Shown here: piece by piece, positions 1-8,385 of the stretch | Numbering within the stretch: position 1 is the stretch's first letter | How the letters are laid out: every line of letters begins with the position of its first letter | Source: Pirellula staleyi DSM 6068 | Lineage (GTDB): Bacteria; Planctomycetota; Planctomycetia; Pirellulales; Pirellulaceae | Length of the DNA stretch: 32,000 nt | Assembly (NCBI GenBank): GCA_000025185.1 | Contig: CP001848.1 | Coordinates: 2,910,001 to 2,942,000, forward strand | Direction of reading: 5' to 3' | Notes under the pieces: generated by a model | What the model was told of the DNA's origin: nothing | Seen by the model: the letters and a program-made list of their open reading frames with translations, nothing else | The model's database searches: none | Made by a program: the position numbers and the translations under genes

Positions 1-2
1 AG

Positions 3-191
3 GACGTAAAGCAGGAACTTGAACCGCTTATCAAGGAAGTTCGTCGCCTTCAGCGACACTTGCGAGAAATTCAGCGGAAACTTGAAGCGATGCCCAGCGA
101 AGTTGAGAAACGACACGCCGAAGCGTCGCGAGCTTTCAACCGCAGTCAGGGCGAAAGTGTGCTTGCCGTTCTTCGGTCAATCAAAATTTAG
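3..191 (+). CDS. 3' end of a hypothetical coiled-coil protein (partial, starts outside the window)
   Basis: The frame is open from the window edge to TAG 189-191. It translates to DVKQELEPLIKEVRRLQRHLREIQRKLEAMPSEVEKRHAEASRAFNRSQGESVLAVLRSIKI, a charged helical pattern. It lies 39 nt upstream of the next same-strand gene. No family recognised. Confidence 0.4.
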   Translation, partial: DVKQELEPLIKEVRRLQRHLREIQRKLEAMPSEVEKRHAEASRAFNRSQGESVLAVLRSIKI

Positions 192-230
192 TCATCCCCC
201 GTGGAACCGTTTTGGCGAAGAGGTATTGCC

Positions 231-1064
231 ATGAGTTTGCAGAATCTAACTTTCAACCTGGGTGGTCGTATTCGGTACGAAACACTTGAAGGACGCGACC
301 ACATTGTGGTGCCAACGGTGATGATCGTCGAAGGCGTTTTGGCGGGGAACAGTGGCCCTCTGATGTATCCGGCTGCAGAACTCGCAGCAGCGCCTCAGGT
401 CTGGAACCACAAGCCCATCGTGATTGGTCATCCAAGCGAAGGAACTGCCTGCCTTCCTCACGTTCTCAACAATCGGAAGGTCGGAATCATCCTCAACACT
501 CGTTGGGATGCACCGAAGCTAAGAACCGAGGCGTGGATTGACGTAAAGCGGTGCGATGGACTGGACAAAAGCATCATCGACAAGTTGCAGAGATTGGAAA
601 AAATCGAGGTTTCAACCGGACTCTACACCGAGAACGAGCCTTCGCCTGGCGTTTGGAACGGAAAGAAGTACGAGGCGATTGCCAGAAACTATCGTCCCGA
701 CCACCTCGCGATCCTCACCAATCAGGTTGGTGCCTGTTCGATTGCGGATGGGGCAGGAATGCTTCAACTCAACAGCGAAGATGGCACGTTATCGCGTCGG
801 CAGATCAATGCAGCGTTACAGCTTTTCGACCAATACGACCGCATGATGAATGGTCCACCCGTATTCCTTCCCGAGATCATGCAAGCGATTCGCCGGGATC
901 CCTATACGTATCTGACGGGCGGGCTGTCAGCAATCGAAGTGGCGAATGCAGATGCACCGGAGCTATATGAAGCGCCCCGGCTCGAATTCGAAAACCCGCT
1001 TTCTCGAGGTCAGTCGTCTTCCGCATCAGATTTTGCGGATATTGACTTCGAGGAGGTGAATTAG
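231..1064 (+). CDS. Phage-associated protein, DUF2213-like
   Basis: ORF 201..1064. ATG 231 is preferred because GAAGAGG lies about 8 nt upstream. The motifs NHKPIVIGHP and YRPDHLAILTNQVGACSIADGAG resemble the phage-associated DUF2213 family. This is recalled from memory, not searched. Confidence 0.55.
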   Translation: MSLQNLTFNLGGRIRYETLEGRDHIVVPTVMIVEGVLAGNSGPLMYPAAELAAAPQVWNHKPIVIGHPSEGTACLPHVLNNRKVGIILNTRWDAPKLRTEAWIDVKRCDGLDKSIIDKLQRLEKIEVSTGLYTENEPSPGVWNGKKYEAIARNYRPDHLAILTNQVGACSIADGAGMLQLNSEDGTLSRRQINAALQLFDQYDRMMNGPPVFLPEIMQAIRRDPYTYLTGGLSAIEVANADAPELYEAPRLEFENPLSRGQSSSASDFADIDFEEVN

Positions 1065-1223
1065 GAAGGGCTTCAGACCGCTTCTGCGAGCGTTTCTGCA
1101 ATCTAGCGACGCGAGAGCAGGAGAGAGCCATTCCTGAGGGCTCTGCGAGGGTTTAATCGCGAATCACCTGGACGTATAACGAATCACTCGGGCGGCACTG
1201 CTAGGAAGTCATGAGCCTAGCAG

Positions 1224-1264
1224 GGCAAACAATCCCCTAGCCGGGTTTGCCAGCCGCCTTTTTT
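1224..1264 (+). terminator. Possible intrinsic terminator after the DUF2213-like gene
   Basis: GGCAAAC (1224-1230) pairs with GTTTGCC (1245-1251), followed by a T-run at 1259-1264. The stem is short, the loop is 14 nt, and a 7-nt spacer precedes the T-run, so this is weak. Confidence 0.3.
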
Positions 1265-1300
1265 CTTTCTTTGAATCGGCTAGGGAAAGGCTAGGAAATC

Positions 1301-3379
1301 ATGGCAAATGCGAATGGCATCAAGCGTCTGTCCAATAGTAGGTTTGACGTCGTTTTTATACGTAAGAGCACGCAAAGCCAAGACGTAACAGGGCAAATTG
1401 CAAATGTCGAAAATATGCTTGCCGAAAAGAGCCTTGTGATCCCTAAGGAGCGGTGGTTCGTCTGCACAGTGACACGGGCTAAGGTTCGTTCTAACCCTGA
1501 CTTCCAAAAACTAATGGAGCTTATTTCGGAAGGAAGAGTTGGGACGGTATACATTGAGTCGCAAGACAGATGGGGAACAGGACACCTCAGAGAACTGTAC
1601 ATACTCCTCGAGTTGCTTTCGGAACATGGCACTGGACTGTATGACCTTCGGGGCAAGCTTGATCTTACGGAGGAAGATGACCTCACTGAAATGCAAACGT
1701 TCCTGGGCGGAATTCGTTCTAAGAAAGAGCGTAAGGATATTTCCTACCGCTCGCTAAGAACACGACTAAATAACTTCCGTGAAACGGGGACTTGGCCGAC
1801 AGGAACACATCCTTTTGGATACGGCAAGCGATGCTACAGCCCTAGCGGAAAAATACTGTGGGAGTGGCAGCCGGTAAGTCGATCTCGTGGTCAGGTTTTC
1901 TATCCAAGCAAATCGGGAAAGAAATTGATAGCCGGCCAGGAGAATGTTCGTATCCCGTCCAAGGGCAAGTTGGACAAGAGTGCATCGTCGCGTGATCGAA
2001 CCGTGCTGGTTCCCAGCAACAACAAAGAGTTCGTCAAAACAGTCCGTTTGGTTTTCGAGCTATTTACGCGGGTGGGGCTTTCGCGTCGAAAGATTGCTCA
2101 GTACCTCAACCGCGAGAATAGAAAGTTCTACAACAAAGAGTTTACCTATTCCTTTGTTACGCAAATCCTTGGGAATCCTGCTTACGTTGGCGATACGCAT
2201 TTCGGAAAGTCTCAGACGGGCGAGCTAAATACCTTCAACAGCGATGGACTCATCGTTCCATTAAAGCGGCGTGCGGAGAGTTCACGTCGTGCCGTGTCCG
2301 AACGAATCATCAAAAAAGACACGCATGCTGGCCTGATTGATCGCAAAACGTGGGATCTAGCACAGAAGAAATTGGAGAGTGGTGAGAATCGATCAAGCTT
2401 CTCGCCTCGCAACCCAAATTACTACCTCAAGCAGATATTCGTTTGCGGCCATTGCGGCAGCAACATGACCGGCCGAACCGATCCAAAGACAAAAAAAGTG
2501 CTCTACGTCTGCTCCAGCTACGTAAATAGCCGCGTCAACGGGACCGAAATGAAGTGTGGATTCAATACGATCGCCCATGACTATGCCGAGCAGCTCCTGC
2601 TGAACAAGCTCAAGGAAATGGGAGTAGGAAGCAAAGTTAGCGAAGGAACGATGATTCGCGGGGGGCTTGATGAGCGATTAGCTCAACTTGGACACGCGGA
2701 CGAGGAATCGAGCAAACTGTGGTCGCAATACTTCAGCGAGGGACTCAAGGCGTTCGCCGTCTACATTACCGAGTCATTCCCCGATCTTGATGACTACAAG
2801 GAAATCCAGCGACTGAAAAAGCTTGCTGCAAGTTTCTATTTCAAGGAAGACGTTGATTGTTTTTCGTTTGCTCGATTGCCAATCAAGAACATCAGGCAGC
2901 TTCGTGAGGCAATCATCGCTGCCGAAGGTACCATTGTGGGAAAGGCGATGGAAAAGCTATCGAAACTTAAGCGTGAGCACGAATACTGCACTGAGAAATG
3001 GCTTCGAATGACCGAACTTCAGGAGCCGATTATTAGGCGAAAGATAGACCGCCTCGAATCGCAGATTGAGGAATGGGAGCCTCGGACCGTATCACTGTCA
3101 AAGCGGCTGAAAATCTTGTGCGAAGCCGAGACGGAGCGGCAAGCAGAACGAGATAAGCTGATTGACGAATGGCCTAGGCTACAGGCACGTGAGAGGGGCG
3201 AGGCATTGCGGCAAATTTTCAATACAGTCAAGCTGTTTTGGAATCGTGAATTCCATGCCGCGAGGGAAATACCCGATCGCCCACGCAAGACCGATCGTCC
3301 GGGCCGATTCAAGTACACCTTAGATTGTGCTCGAATTGAATGGGGATTTGCGACTACTGATTTGAACGGTTCTTCGTGA
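1301..3379 (+). CDS. Large serine recombinase (phage-integrase type)
   Basis: 692 aa. The N-terminal resolvase-type catalytic domain has FIRKSTQSQD (catalytic Ser context), ESQDRWGTG and PFGYGK. A recombinase domain follows, then a zinc ribbon (CGHCGSNMTGR...YVCSSY) and a long C-terminal coiled coil. AGGA lies about 5 nt before the ATG. Confidence 0.9.
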   Translation: MANANGIKRLSNSRFDVVFIRKSTQSQDVTGQIANVENMLAEKSLVIPKERWFVCTVTRAKVRSNPDFQKLMELISEGRVGTVYIESQDRWGTGHLRELYILLELLSEHGTGLYDLRGKLDLTEEDDLTEMQTFLGGIRSKKERKDISYRSLRTRLNNFRETGTWPTGTHPFGYGKRCYSPSGKILWEWQPVSRSRGQVFYPSKSGKKLIAGQENVRIPSKGKLDKSASSRDRTVLVPSNNKEFVKTVRLVFELFTRVGLSRRKIAQYLNRENRKFYNKEFTYSFVTQILGNPAYVGDTHFGKSQTGELNTFNSDGLIVPLKRRAESSRRAVSERIIKKDTHAGLIDRKTWDLAQKKLESGENRSSFSPRNPNYYLKQIFVCGHCGSNMTGRTDPKTKKVLYVCSSYVNSRVNGTEMKCGFNTIAHDYAEQLLLNKLKEMGVGSKVSEGTMIRGGLDERLAQLGHADEESSKLWSQYFSEGLKAFAVYITESFPDLDDYKEIQRLKKLAASFYFKEDVDCFSFARLPIKNIRQLREAIIAAEGTIVGKAMEKLSKLKREHEYCTEKWLRMTELQEPIIRRKIDRLESQIEEWEPRTVSLSKRLKILCEAETERQAERDKLIDEWPRLQARERGEALRQIFNTVKLFWNREFHAAREIPDRPRKTDRPGRFKYTLDCARIEWGFATTDLNGSS

Positions 3380-3479
3380 AGAGCTGCACGACATTCATTT
3401 GGCAATCGGCGGCAGCATCGACTGCTTTGTAATAGCCACCAGCAATCGACATGTGAGCGCCAAGCAAGACCTGCGACAT
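3354..3479 (-). pseudogene. nfo: 5' fragment of endonuclease IV (nfo), truncated after about 37 codons
   Basis: ATG 3479 opens MSQVLLGAHMSIAGGYYKAVDAAADCQMNVVQLFTKN. This is collinear with the E. coli Nfo N-terminus (..IGAHVSAAGG....ALFTKNQRQW). It then reads RSNQ-stop at 3354-3356. No further Nfo-like sequence occurs in the window. Confidence 0.7.
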
Positions 3480-3608
3480 AGACGGAAACTTCGAAGAGGG
3501 TGAGTTGAGCGATGCGCGGGGAGTTGCCATCGGCGCGAGCACGCAGCCAAAGGTTCTCTGGCGAATTTCGGGTCCCGCATTGTATCGCAATAGCGCCCGC
3601 AGATGCGG

Positions 3609-4388
3609 CTACATTTCGCCGATCACGACCAGGATGATCGAGAGGGCGTTGAACGCGACCGAGAGTCCTGCGATGACCATCCCGGCGATCGTGAGTCCAC
3701 GACCACTGGGGTCCATGGTGCCGCGGTTCATCGCTGCCAGATCGATGGCTCCCATGATTAGCGAGGCGATGCTGAGGAAGATGCAGCAGAAGAATCCGGC
3801 AATCGACAGCCCCAGTACCAGGCCGCCACGATGGGGCTCAGCGTAGTGCTGTCGATAGTAGCCACCAGGCGACGCGGCATAGGGATTCGTCGCCATCGCC
3901 TGTTCGCCAAAAGGATTCGCACCTGGCTGCGGCTGGACCACGCCGGTGTACATGGCGGGGACTTTAGGAGTTAGTTGCGGGTAGATTTGTTCGGCTGGAA
4001 ACCAAAGGGTTCCACCATCCGCCATCAGTTGGCATTCGGCCGTGATGCGTCCCTCGGCCATCCAGCGGTCGAGTTCGGTCTTGCTAACAGGACCATAAAC
4101 CAGCCCGCTCGGAGTTTTCATCCGCCACATGCTGCTTGGCGACGCACCACCACCAAACAGCGAGCCCGGCGCCGGCGCAGCTCCGGGAAGGTCTTGAGGA
4201 GCTGGAGTGCTCAGCGGCGTGAGGGGACGCATCGGATCGGCGGAAGTGGCCGATGGTAAAGTTCCGCCGCTGGGAGTCGGCACGGTGTAGATGGAATTGC
4301 AGTGGGGACAGCGTGCGAGTTTTCCCGCGTGCTCATCGGCCACTCGCAAACGCTTCGAGCAACTTTGACAGATCGATTCAATCGGCAT
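3609..4388 (-). CDS. Membrane protein with N-terminal zinc ribbon, GYF_2 (DUF4339)-like domain and C-terminal DUF4190-like TM domain
   Basis: 259 aa. CQSC-x16-CPHC ribbon, a Pro-rich linker, WRMKTPSGLVYGPVSKTELDRWMAEGRI...LWFPAEQIYPQL (GYF_2-like), and two C-terminal hydrophobic helices. It is a paralog of 4469..5182. Confidence 0.8.
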   Translation of the reverse strand: MPIESICQSCSKRLRVADEHAGKLARCPHCNSIYTVPTPSGGTLPSATSADPMRPLTPLSTPAPQDLPGAAPAPGSLFGGGASPSSMWRMKTPSGLVYGPVSKTELDRWMAEGRITAECQLMADGGTLWFPAEQIYPQLTPKVPAMYTGVVQPQPGANPFGEQAMATNPYAASPGGYYRQHYAEPHRGGLVLGLSIAGFFCCIFLSIASLIMGAIDLAAMNRGTMDPSGRGLTIAGMVIAGLSVAFNALSIILVVIGEM

Positions 4389-4468
4389 GGAAGCATCTCT
4401 GGTGGCGTTGCACGAATATTCGAGCCGGGATGGAAGGAGGTGACGCGTGGGCTGCTTCGTTCACTTCG

Positions 4469-5182
4469 TTAGTTGCCGAAAATGGCGACTGTCATCAGGA
4501 TACCGAGGATCGCGACGATTCCCAAGATTGTGAGGACCGAGATAATCATCCCCAGGTAGTAACCGACTCGCGTAATTGCTTCTCCCGAGCGATCCATGCG
4601 TCCTTCTCGCATTTCACGAAGGTCGTTCCCCCCCATCACCCACGCAAAAAAACTGAGCAGCACGCAGTTGGTGGCGAGCCCCAAAATTCCCAGGATCAGA
4701 ATCAGGGCGCCCCGATGTGGTGTGAGATAAACGCCGCTGGCCGATACCCCTGGCATCGGACTTGGCGACGATCCATAGCCACCGCTGCTATAGCCTGAGA
4801 CCGACATCGGTGGCAGGCTCGATGGGGAGAGCGAAGGCTTTTCGCCATGCGCGAGCTGCGGATAGAGCGTTTCGGCAGGGGTCCAAAGGTTGGCGTTTTC
4901 ATCGCGGACTAGGCAGCCGACAAAGACGCGTCGTTCTCGAGCCCAGCGATCGAGTTCCGCACGAGAGATGGGCCCAAATTCGCGACCGTCGGGACTGCGC
5001 ATGAACCACTGCGGACTTGAGTCTTTCCCGGCAATATCGACGGCGGAAGGGATGTTCGGCGAGCCGGGAATGGGAGCCGTGGAGATCTGTCCACAAGCGG
5101 GGCAACGGATCGTTTTACCAGCATGCTCCTGGCCGACACGAAGCTGCCGATTACAACTGGCGCACGAGAATTCGAGGGGCAT
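4469..5182 (-). CDS. Paralogous zinc-ribbon / GYF_2-like / DUF4190-like membrane protein
   Basis: 237 aa. CASC-x16-CPAC, WFMRSPDGREFGPISRAELDRWARERRV...LWTPAETLYPQL, and a C-terminal TM pair. The architecture and motif order match 3609..4388. Confidence 0.8.
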   Translation of the reverse strand: MPLEFSCASCNRQLRVGQEHAGKTIRCPACGQISTAPIPGSPNIPSAVDIAGKDSSPQWFMRSPDGREFGPISRAELDRWARERRVFVGCLVRDENANLWTPAETLYPQLAHGEKPSLSPSSLPPMSVSGYSSGGYGSSPSPMPGVSASGVYLTPHRGALILILGILGLATNCVLLSFFAWVMGGNDLREMREGRMDRSGEAITRVGYYLGMIISVLTILGIVAILGILMTVAIFGN

Positions 5183-5347
5183 CGGCCATCTCCCAGCAGT
5201 CGGTCGGTGATCGCGGTGATAAACTTCCGCAGCATTTCGCTATTGTCCATTCGCTTCGCGCCGTAGAATATCGGCTGACGATCATCGGCGGGGAAGAGAT
5301 CGTCACCCTGTTTTTCTCCCGATTTCGCTCCCAAACTGGGCGCTTCG

Positions 5348-5821
5348 ATGTTCGAGAACTCGCTTGTACTGCTCATCACCGGCACCACCGTGCTGGTCCT
5401 CGCCGCCGTCGCGCTCCTCCTCTCGCGCAAGCGTCCCCCCACGGCCATGACCGTCGCCCGGGCACGCAAGAACTTCTACCTCCGCCGCGAATGGCTCGAA
5501 GCCAAGTTCTTCCAGCTCGCCTCGCAGTCGGGTAAGCCCCGCGGACTCGAGTGGGTCGATGTCGACTTCGAAAGCGCCGTCAGCTTCGCGCGAGATCGCA
5601 GCACGGGTCGTCTGCGCGCCCTTGTGGGGGTCACTATTAAGTTTCGCGCGGTCGAAGGGGGCGGTATGGAAGACAACCCCAACGTCGGAAACCTCCGCGC
5701 CGCTAGTGCCATGTTCTTTCACGATGGCACCGAGTGGAGCACCGATGGCAAGGCGATCCTCAACCTCAACCCCACCCAGGCCATCGAGCACTTCAGCCGC
5801 GAACTCGAACTCGTCGAGTAG
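5348..5821 (+). CDS. Hypothetical protein with N-terminal transmembrane anchor
   Basis: 157 aa. Third-codon positions are strongly G/C-biased when read by eye. It has an N-terminal hydrophobic helix (LVLLITGTTVLVLAAVALLL). It is divergent from 4469..5182. No family recognised. Confidence 0.7.
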   Translation: MFENSLVLLITGTTVLVLAAVALLLSRKRPPTAMTVARARKNFYLRREWLEAKFFQLASQSGKPRGLEWVDVDFESAVSFARDRSTGRLRALVGVTIKFRAVEGGGMEDNPNVGNLRAASAMFFHDGTEWSTDGKAILNLNPTQAIEHFSRELELVE

Positions 5822-5878
5822 ACTTTCCCCCTGCAGCATCGCGCAACGCGACGCTGTCACCCTCTGCGGCCCACCCCC

Positions 5879-5909
5879 AACTTGCGCCGAAGCGCAACAT
5901 GCGCAAGTT
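5879..5909. repeat. Perfect 9-bp inverted repeat in a convergent intergenic region
   Basis: AACTTGCGC (5879-5887) pairs with GCGCAAGTT (5901-5909). A nested TTGCGC/GCGCAA option exists. There is no flanking T-run, so a terminator role is unproven. Confidence 0.5.
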
Positions 5910-6019
5910 CACGCGCGCCCCTCGCTCCCACCAGCTCCACCTCTCGAGGGGCGACCCGCTCCGGTCGCAGCCTCTGTCGTCGATCCCGCTACTACTACAC
6001 CTGTAGCTTCCCCGTCGCT

Positions 6020-6907
6020 CTAGCGCTGCGGAACACCCGGGTCGTAATAGCCCGGAACCGGAGCTGGACGTGGTGGTGCCGGGAAGGCAGGCATCGGAGC
6101 AGGGCCCGGCAGCACGGTCGGCTGTGGCACTGGCAACGGGGGAAGTGGCGGCACCTGATCGACCGAGCTCGGCAGTGGCACCGCCGGAGTCGGCTCAGCA
6201 TCCAGAGGCTGACCAAACTCGGCGCTCGGAGCATACTTCTCCACCGTCTCGAGCAGCACCAGCGCCACCTCCGGCACATCAATCCCCTCGCCCGCCGCAA
6301 TCTGATCCGCCGTCACACCGCGCCGACCATAAAACGCACTGTTGGCCGACTCATCAATCTTGATCACCGCGCCATCAATCGAGATCCCAGCGAACAGACC
6401 CCGAGCACGTGAGTACGAGTAAATCTCTGCCTTCAAGTTCTGATCGGTACCCGCTTCGAGTCGACGCCCCACCGGACCGGCTGCCACGGCAGCATCAGCG
6501 CCGAGCGTAAACTTCTTCCCCTCGAGAATCCCTTCCAAACTGCGCCGGGTCTTGAACACCAGCACCAGATCGATCGATTGAATTCCAATTTGCCAGCCGA
6601 TGCTCCCGCCGGTCACTTCAATAAAGACCGGAAAACCCCAGCGCCCCGTCTCTTCGCGAATCATCACCACCCCTCGGCCGTGACGACCACCAATCACCAA
6701 ACCACCTTTCACTAGCCCTGGAATAATCGCAATCGCTTCGGCATTTCGCAGCAGCGCCTCGGGAATGCCGCGAGCCGGCAGCTCGGAGACTTCCGCCAGG
6801 ACATTAGCAGCCTGAGCAGCCGACGCTTCTTCTTTCGTCGCGGCTGACCCTACGAGTGGAATGCAGAGGATCGCCAGAAGCGATACCAAGAGAGAGCGGA
6901 GTGACAT
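6020..6907 (-). CDS. Secreted SYLF/Ysc84-like (DUF500) domain protein with proline-rich C-terminus
   Basis: The start is taken at ATG 6907 (MSLRSLLVSLLAILCIPLVGSAA, signal-peptide-like). The core AIAIIPGLVKGGLVIGGRHGRGVVM...GADAAVAAGPVGRR...YSYSRARGLFAGISIDGAVI matches the SYLF pattern. The tail is PPLPPLPVPQP... Confidence 0.8.
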   Translation of the reverse strand: MSLRSLLVSLLAILCIPLVGSAATKEEASAAQAANVLAEVSELPARGIPEALLRNAEAIAIIPGLVKGGLVIGGRHGRGVVMIREETGRWGFPVFIEVTGGSIGWQIGIQSIDLVLVFKTRRSLEGILEGKKFTLGADAAVAAGPVGRRLEAGTDQNLKAEIYSYSRARGLFAGISIDGAVIKIDESANSAFYGRRGVTADQIAAGEGIDVPEVALVLLETVEKYAPSAEFGQPLDAEPTPAVPLPSSVDQVPPLPPLPVPQPTVLPGPAPMPAFPAPPRPAPVPGYYDPGVPQR

Positions 6908-7450
6908 ACGAAAGCATTCCTTTGCGAGATACAAGAACACAAAACCCGACCATCTATCGCAAGGTAAGCCAAACGCTCCGGCCGGGTCCATATCGAAACC
7001 ACTTCCCCCTCCTTGATGCACTGAAATGCTTCACCGCTAGCACACCGGCTCTTCCACTCCCTTCCTAGCACATCCTCGCTAGCACCCATCCGCTAGCAGC
7101 ACCCCTTGAACTTCGAAGTTCACCCACCTCCTTCCACGGTTTGGCCGACTGCACCTGCCCCGTTGTACTCCGTCTAACGATCACTGTCATGTCTCTTGGG
7201 GTGGCTACTTGCTGGCTTGTCCAGCAGTGCGAATCGCAACGGAGGATGACATTCACCGATAGACAAAGCAGTAGGTCAGATGCCCGCAGGGAATCTGACG
7301 AGATCGGAGATTGCCAACTTAGAACACGCTATGGCTGCGAGACCACCAAGGGCCTATGCTCGACAGGGCGAAAAACAGGCTTAGACCTGCTTCGCACATC
7401 TTGTCCGGTGGAACCGGACCTACTTCCTGGAACCGCCGATAACTCAGTCC

Positions 7451-7684
7451 GTAGGGCCGGTTCCACCGGCCGATCGCTGCAAGTCCTGCAATGACAATTA
7501 TAGCTCCGCATGGGTGCCACTGGCCTCCGGCCAGTGAGCCTCGCAAGTACAGCTGATGCTTGGCTCTCCTGCCACCAAAAGCCGACTAGTTCGTAGGCAG
7601 GTCACCTTAACCAACAATCAAAAGCCCTTCCCATCACCTCACACCCCCAACCTGCTGCTAACTCAATAGGAGTATGGCATCCGG
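7451..7684 (+). repeat. Structured intergenic repeat, copy A (degenerate, expanded middle)
   Basis: The 5' end GTAGGGCCGGTTCCACCGGCCGATC (7451-7475) is identical to copies B and D. The 3' end CCTGCTGCTAAC..AGGAGTATGGCATCCGG (7651-7684) matches the 3' end of B-D. The middle is unrelated. An inverted core CCGGTGGAACCGG sits at 7405-7417. Confidence 0.7.
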
Positions 7685-7706
7685 CTTATACTAAAGGTAA
7701 ACGAAA

Positions 7707-8303
7707 ATGATCGAAGGTGTGGTACCAATTCCTTGGGATGGGCTGATTCCGCTTAATCTAAATCCATTACTTTCAATCTGCCAGAGTTTCTACGCCTATT
7801 CTGCAGTCAACTCGAGCGACAATTTCTACCGGAGTAGTGAGCTAGCTGCTCTTGCTAAGCAGGTACTCCCTGAATCTTGTCATACTCGGTTTAGTCGGGA
7901 TATAGCAAAGGCATTCTCGCAGTACACTTCCGAAAAATCTCGCTTAAGTAGCAAGAGCAAACCTATCCAGAACGTTAGATTTAATAGCAATGACCCGCTG
8001 TCCTTGCTGCTTGTGAACTGGCGAGAGTCGCTCTTCGACGGCGCCGGTTCTCCTGAAACCTATGGATTTATAGATGACGATTGGATTCCTGGCTGGGACA
8101 CATGGCTGGCGATTGTTTCATTGAATGGAAAGCCGAATGAACATGCTTTGCTCTGCTGGGTTCCATCTGAGCTATGCCGAGAAGTTGATAGCGCCATTAA
8201 CCTAGATGCCGCTAGATGCATGTCCTGGCTGGCTTATGACCACACAAACAAGCCCTATCTTGTTGGGTGGGGGCAGCGTTGGAAACCGTCCATACTGCCC
8301 TAA
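7707..8303 (+). CDS. Hypothetical cytoplasmic protein (orphan)
   Basis: 198 aa, AT-richer than its surroundings, with no signal peptide. The motif WIPGWDTWLAIV...LLCWVPSELCREVDSAINLDAARCMSW is notable, but I cannot name a family. Confidence 0.6.
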   Translation: MIEGVVPIPWDGLIPLNLNPLLSICQSFYAYSAVNSSDNFYRSSELAALAKQVLPESCHTRFSRDIAKAFSQYTSEKSRLSSKSKPIQNVRFNSNDPLSLLLVNWRESLFDGAGSPETYGFIDDDWIPGWDTWLAIVSLNGKPNEHALLCWVPSELCREVDSAINLDAARCMSWLAYDHTNKPYLVGWGQRWKPSILP

Positions 8304-8385
8304 ATCGATTTGATAGAACCGGTTATTGACTTTGTCGGTATATCTATACGAGAGGGATGGTGAGGAAGACAAGCCGTGGAAGTAA

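Larger units (their letters stand above)
1..3379. mobile_element. Terminal segment of an integrated prophage-like/integrative element. It extends beyond the window start, and its right boundary is near 3369-3382.
   Basis: A phage-type DUF2213-like gene and a large serine recombinase are co-directional. They end where a minus-strand nfo 5' fragment loses similarity to Nfo. The region looks less GC-rich than 3.6-7 kb. The left end is not in the window. Confidence 0.55.

Noticed and set aside
5303-5860. 185-aa minus-strand ORF, the 186-aa ORF at 4909..5469 -, and the 176-aa Arg-rich ORF at 5882..6412 +
   Set aside because: Each overlaps a better-supported gene on the opposite strand or in another frame (5348..5821 +, 4469..5182 -, 6020..6907 -), and each shows low-complexity composition.
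6908-7021. Upstream extension of the SYLF-protein ORF, and similarly 10764..10994 for the VOC-family ORF
   Set aside because: The extensions lack coding character. The internal ATGs give a proper signal peptide (6907) and the normal VOC/PhnB N-terminus (10763).
7141-7494. ORFs whose C-termini read RAGSTGRS (7141..7494 +, 10042..10224 +), and the ORF 8202..8528 - running through repeat copy B
   Set aside because: The shared peptide is just the translation of the conserved GTAGGGCCGGTTCCACCGGCCGATC repeat core. The ORFs have no other coding signal.
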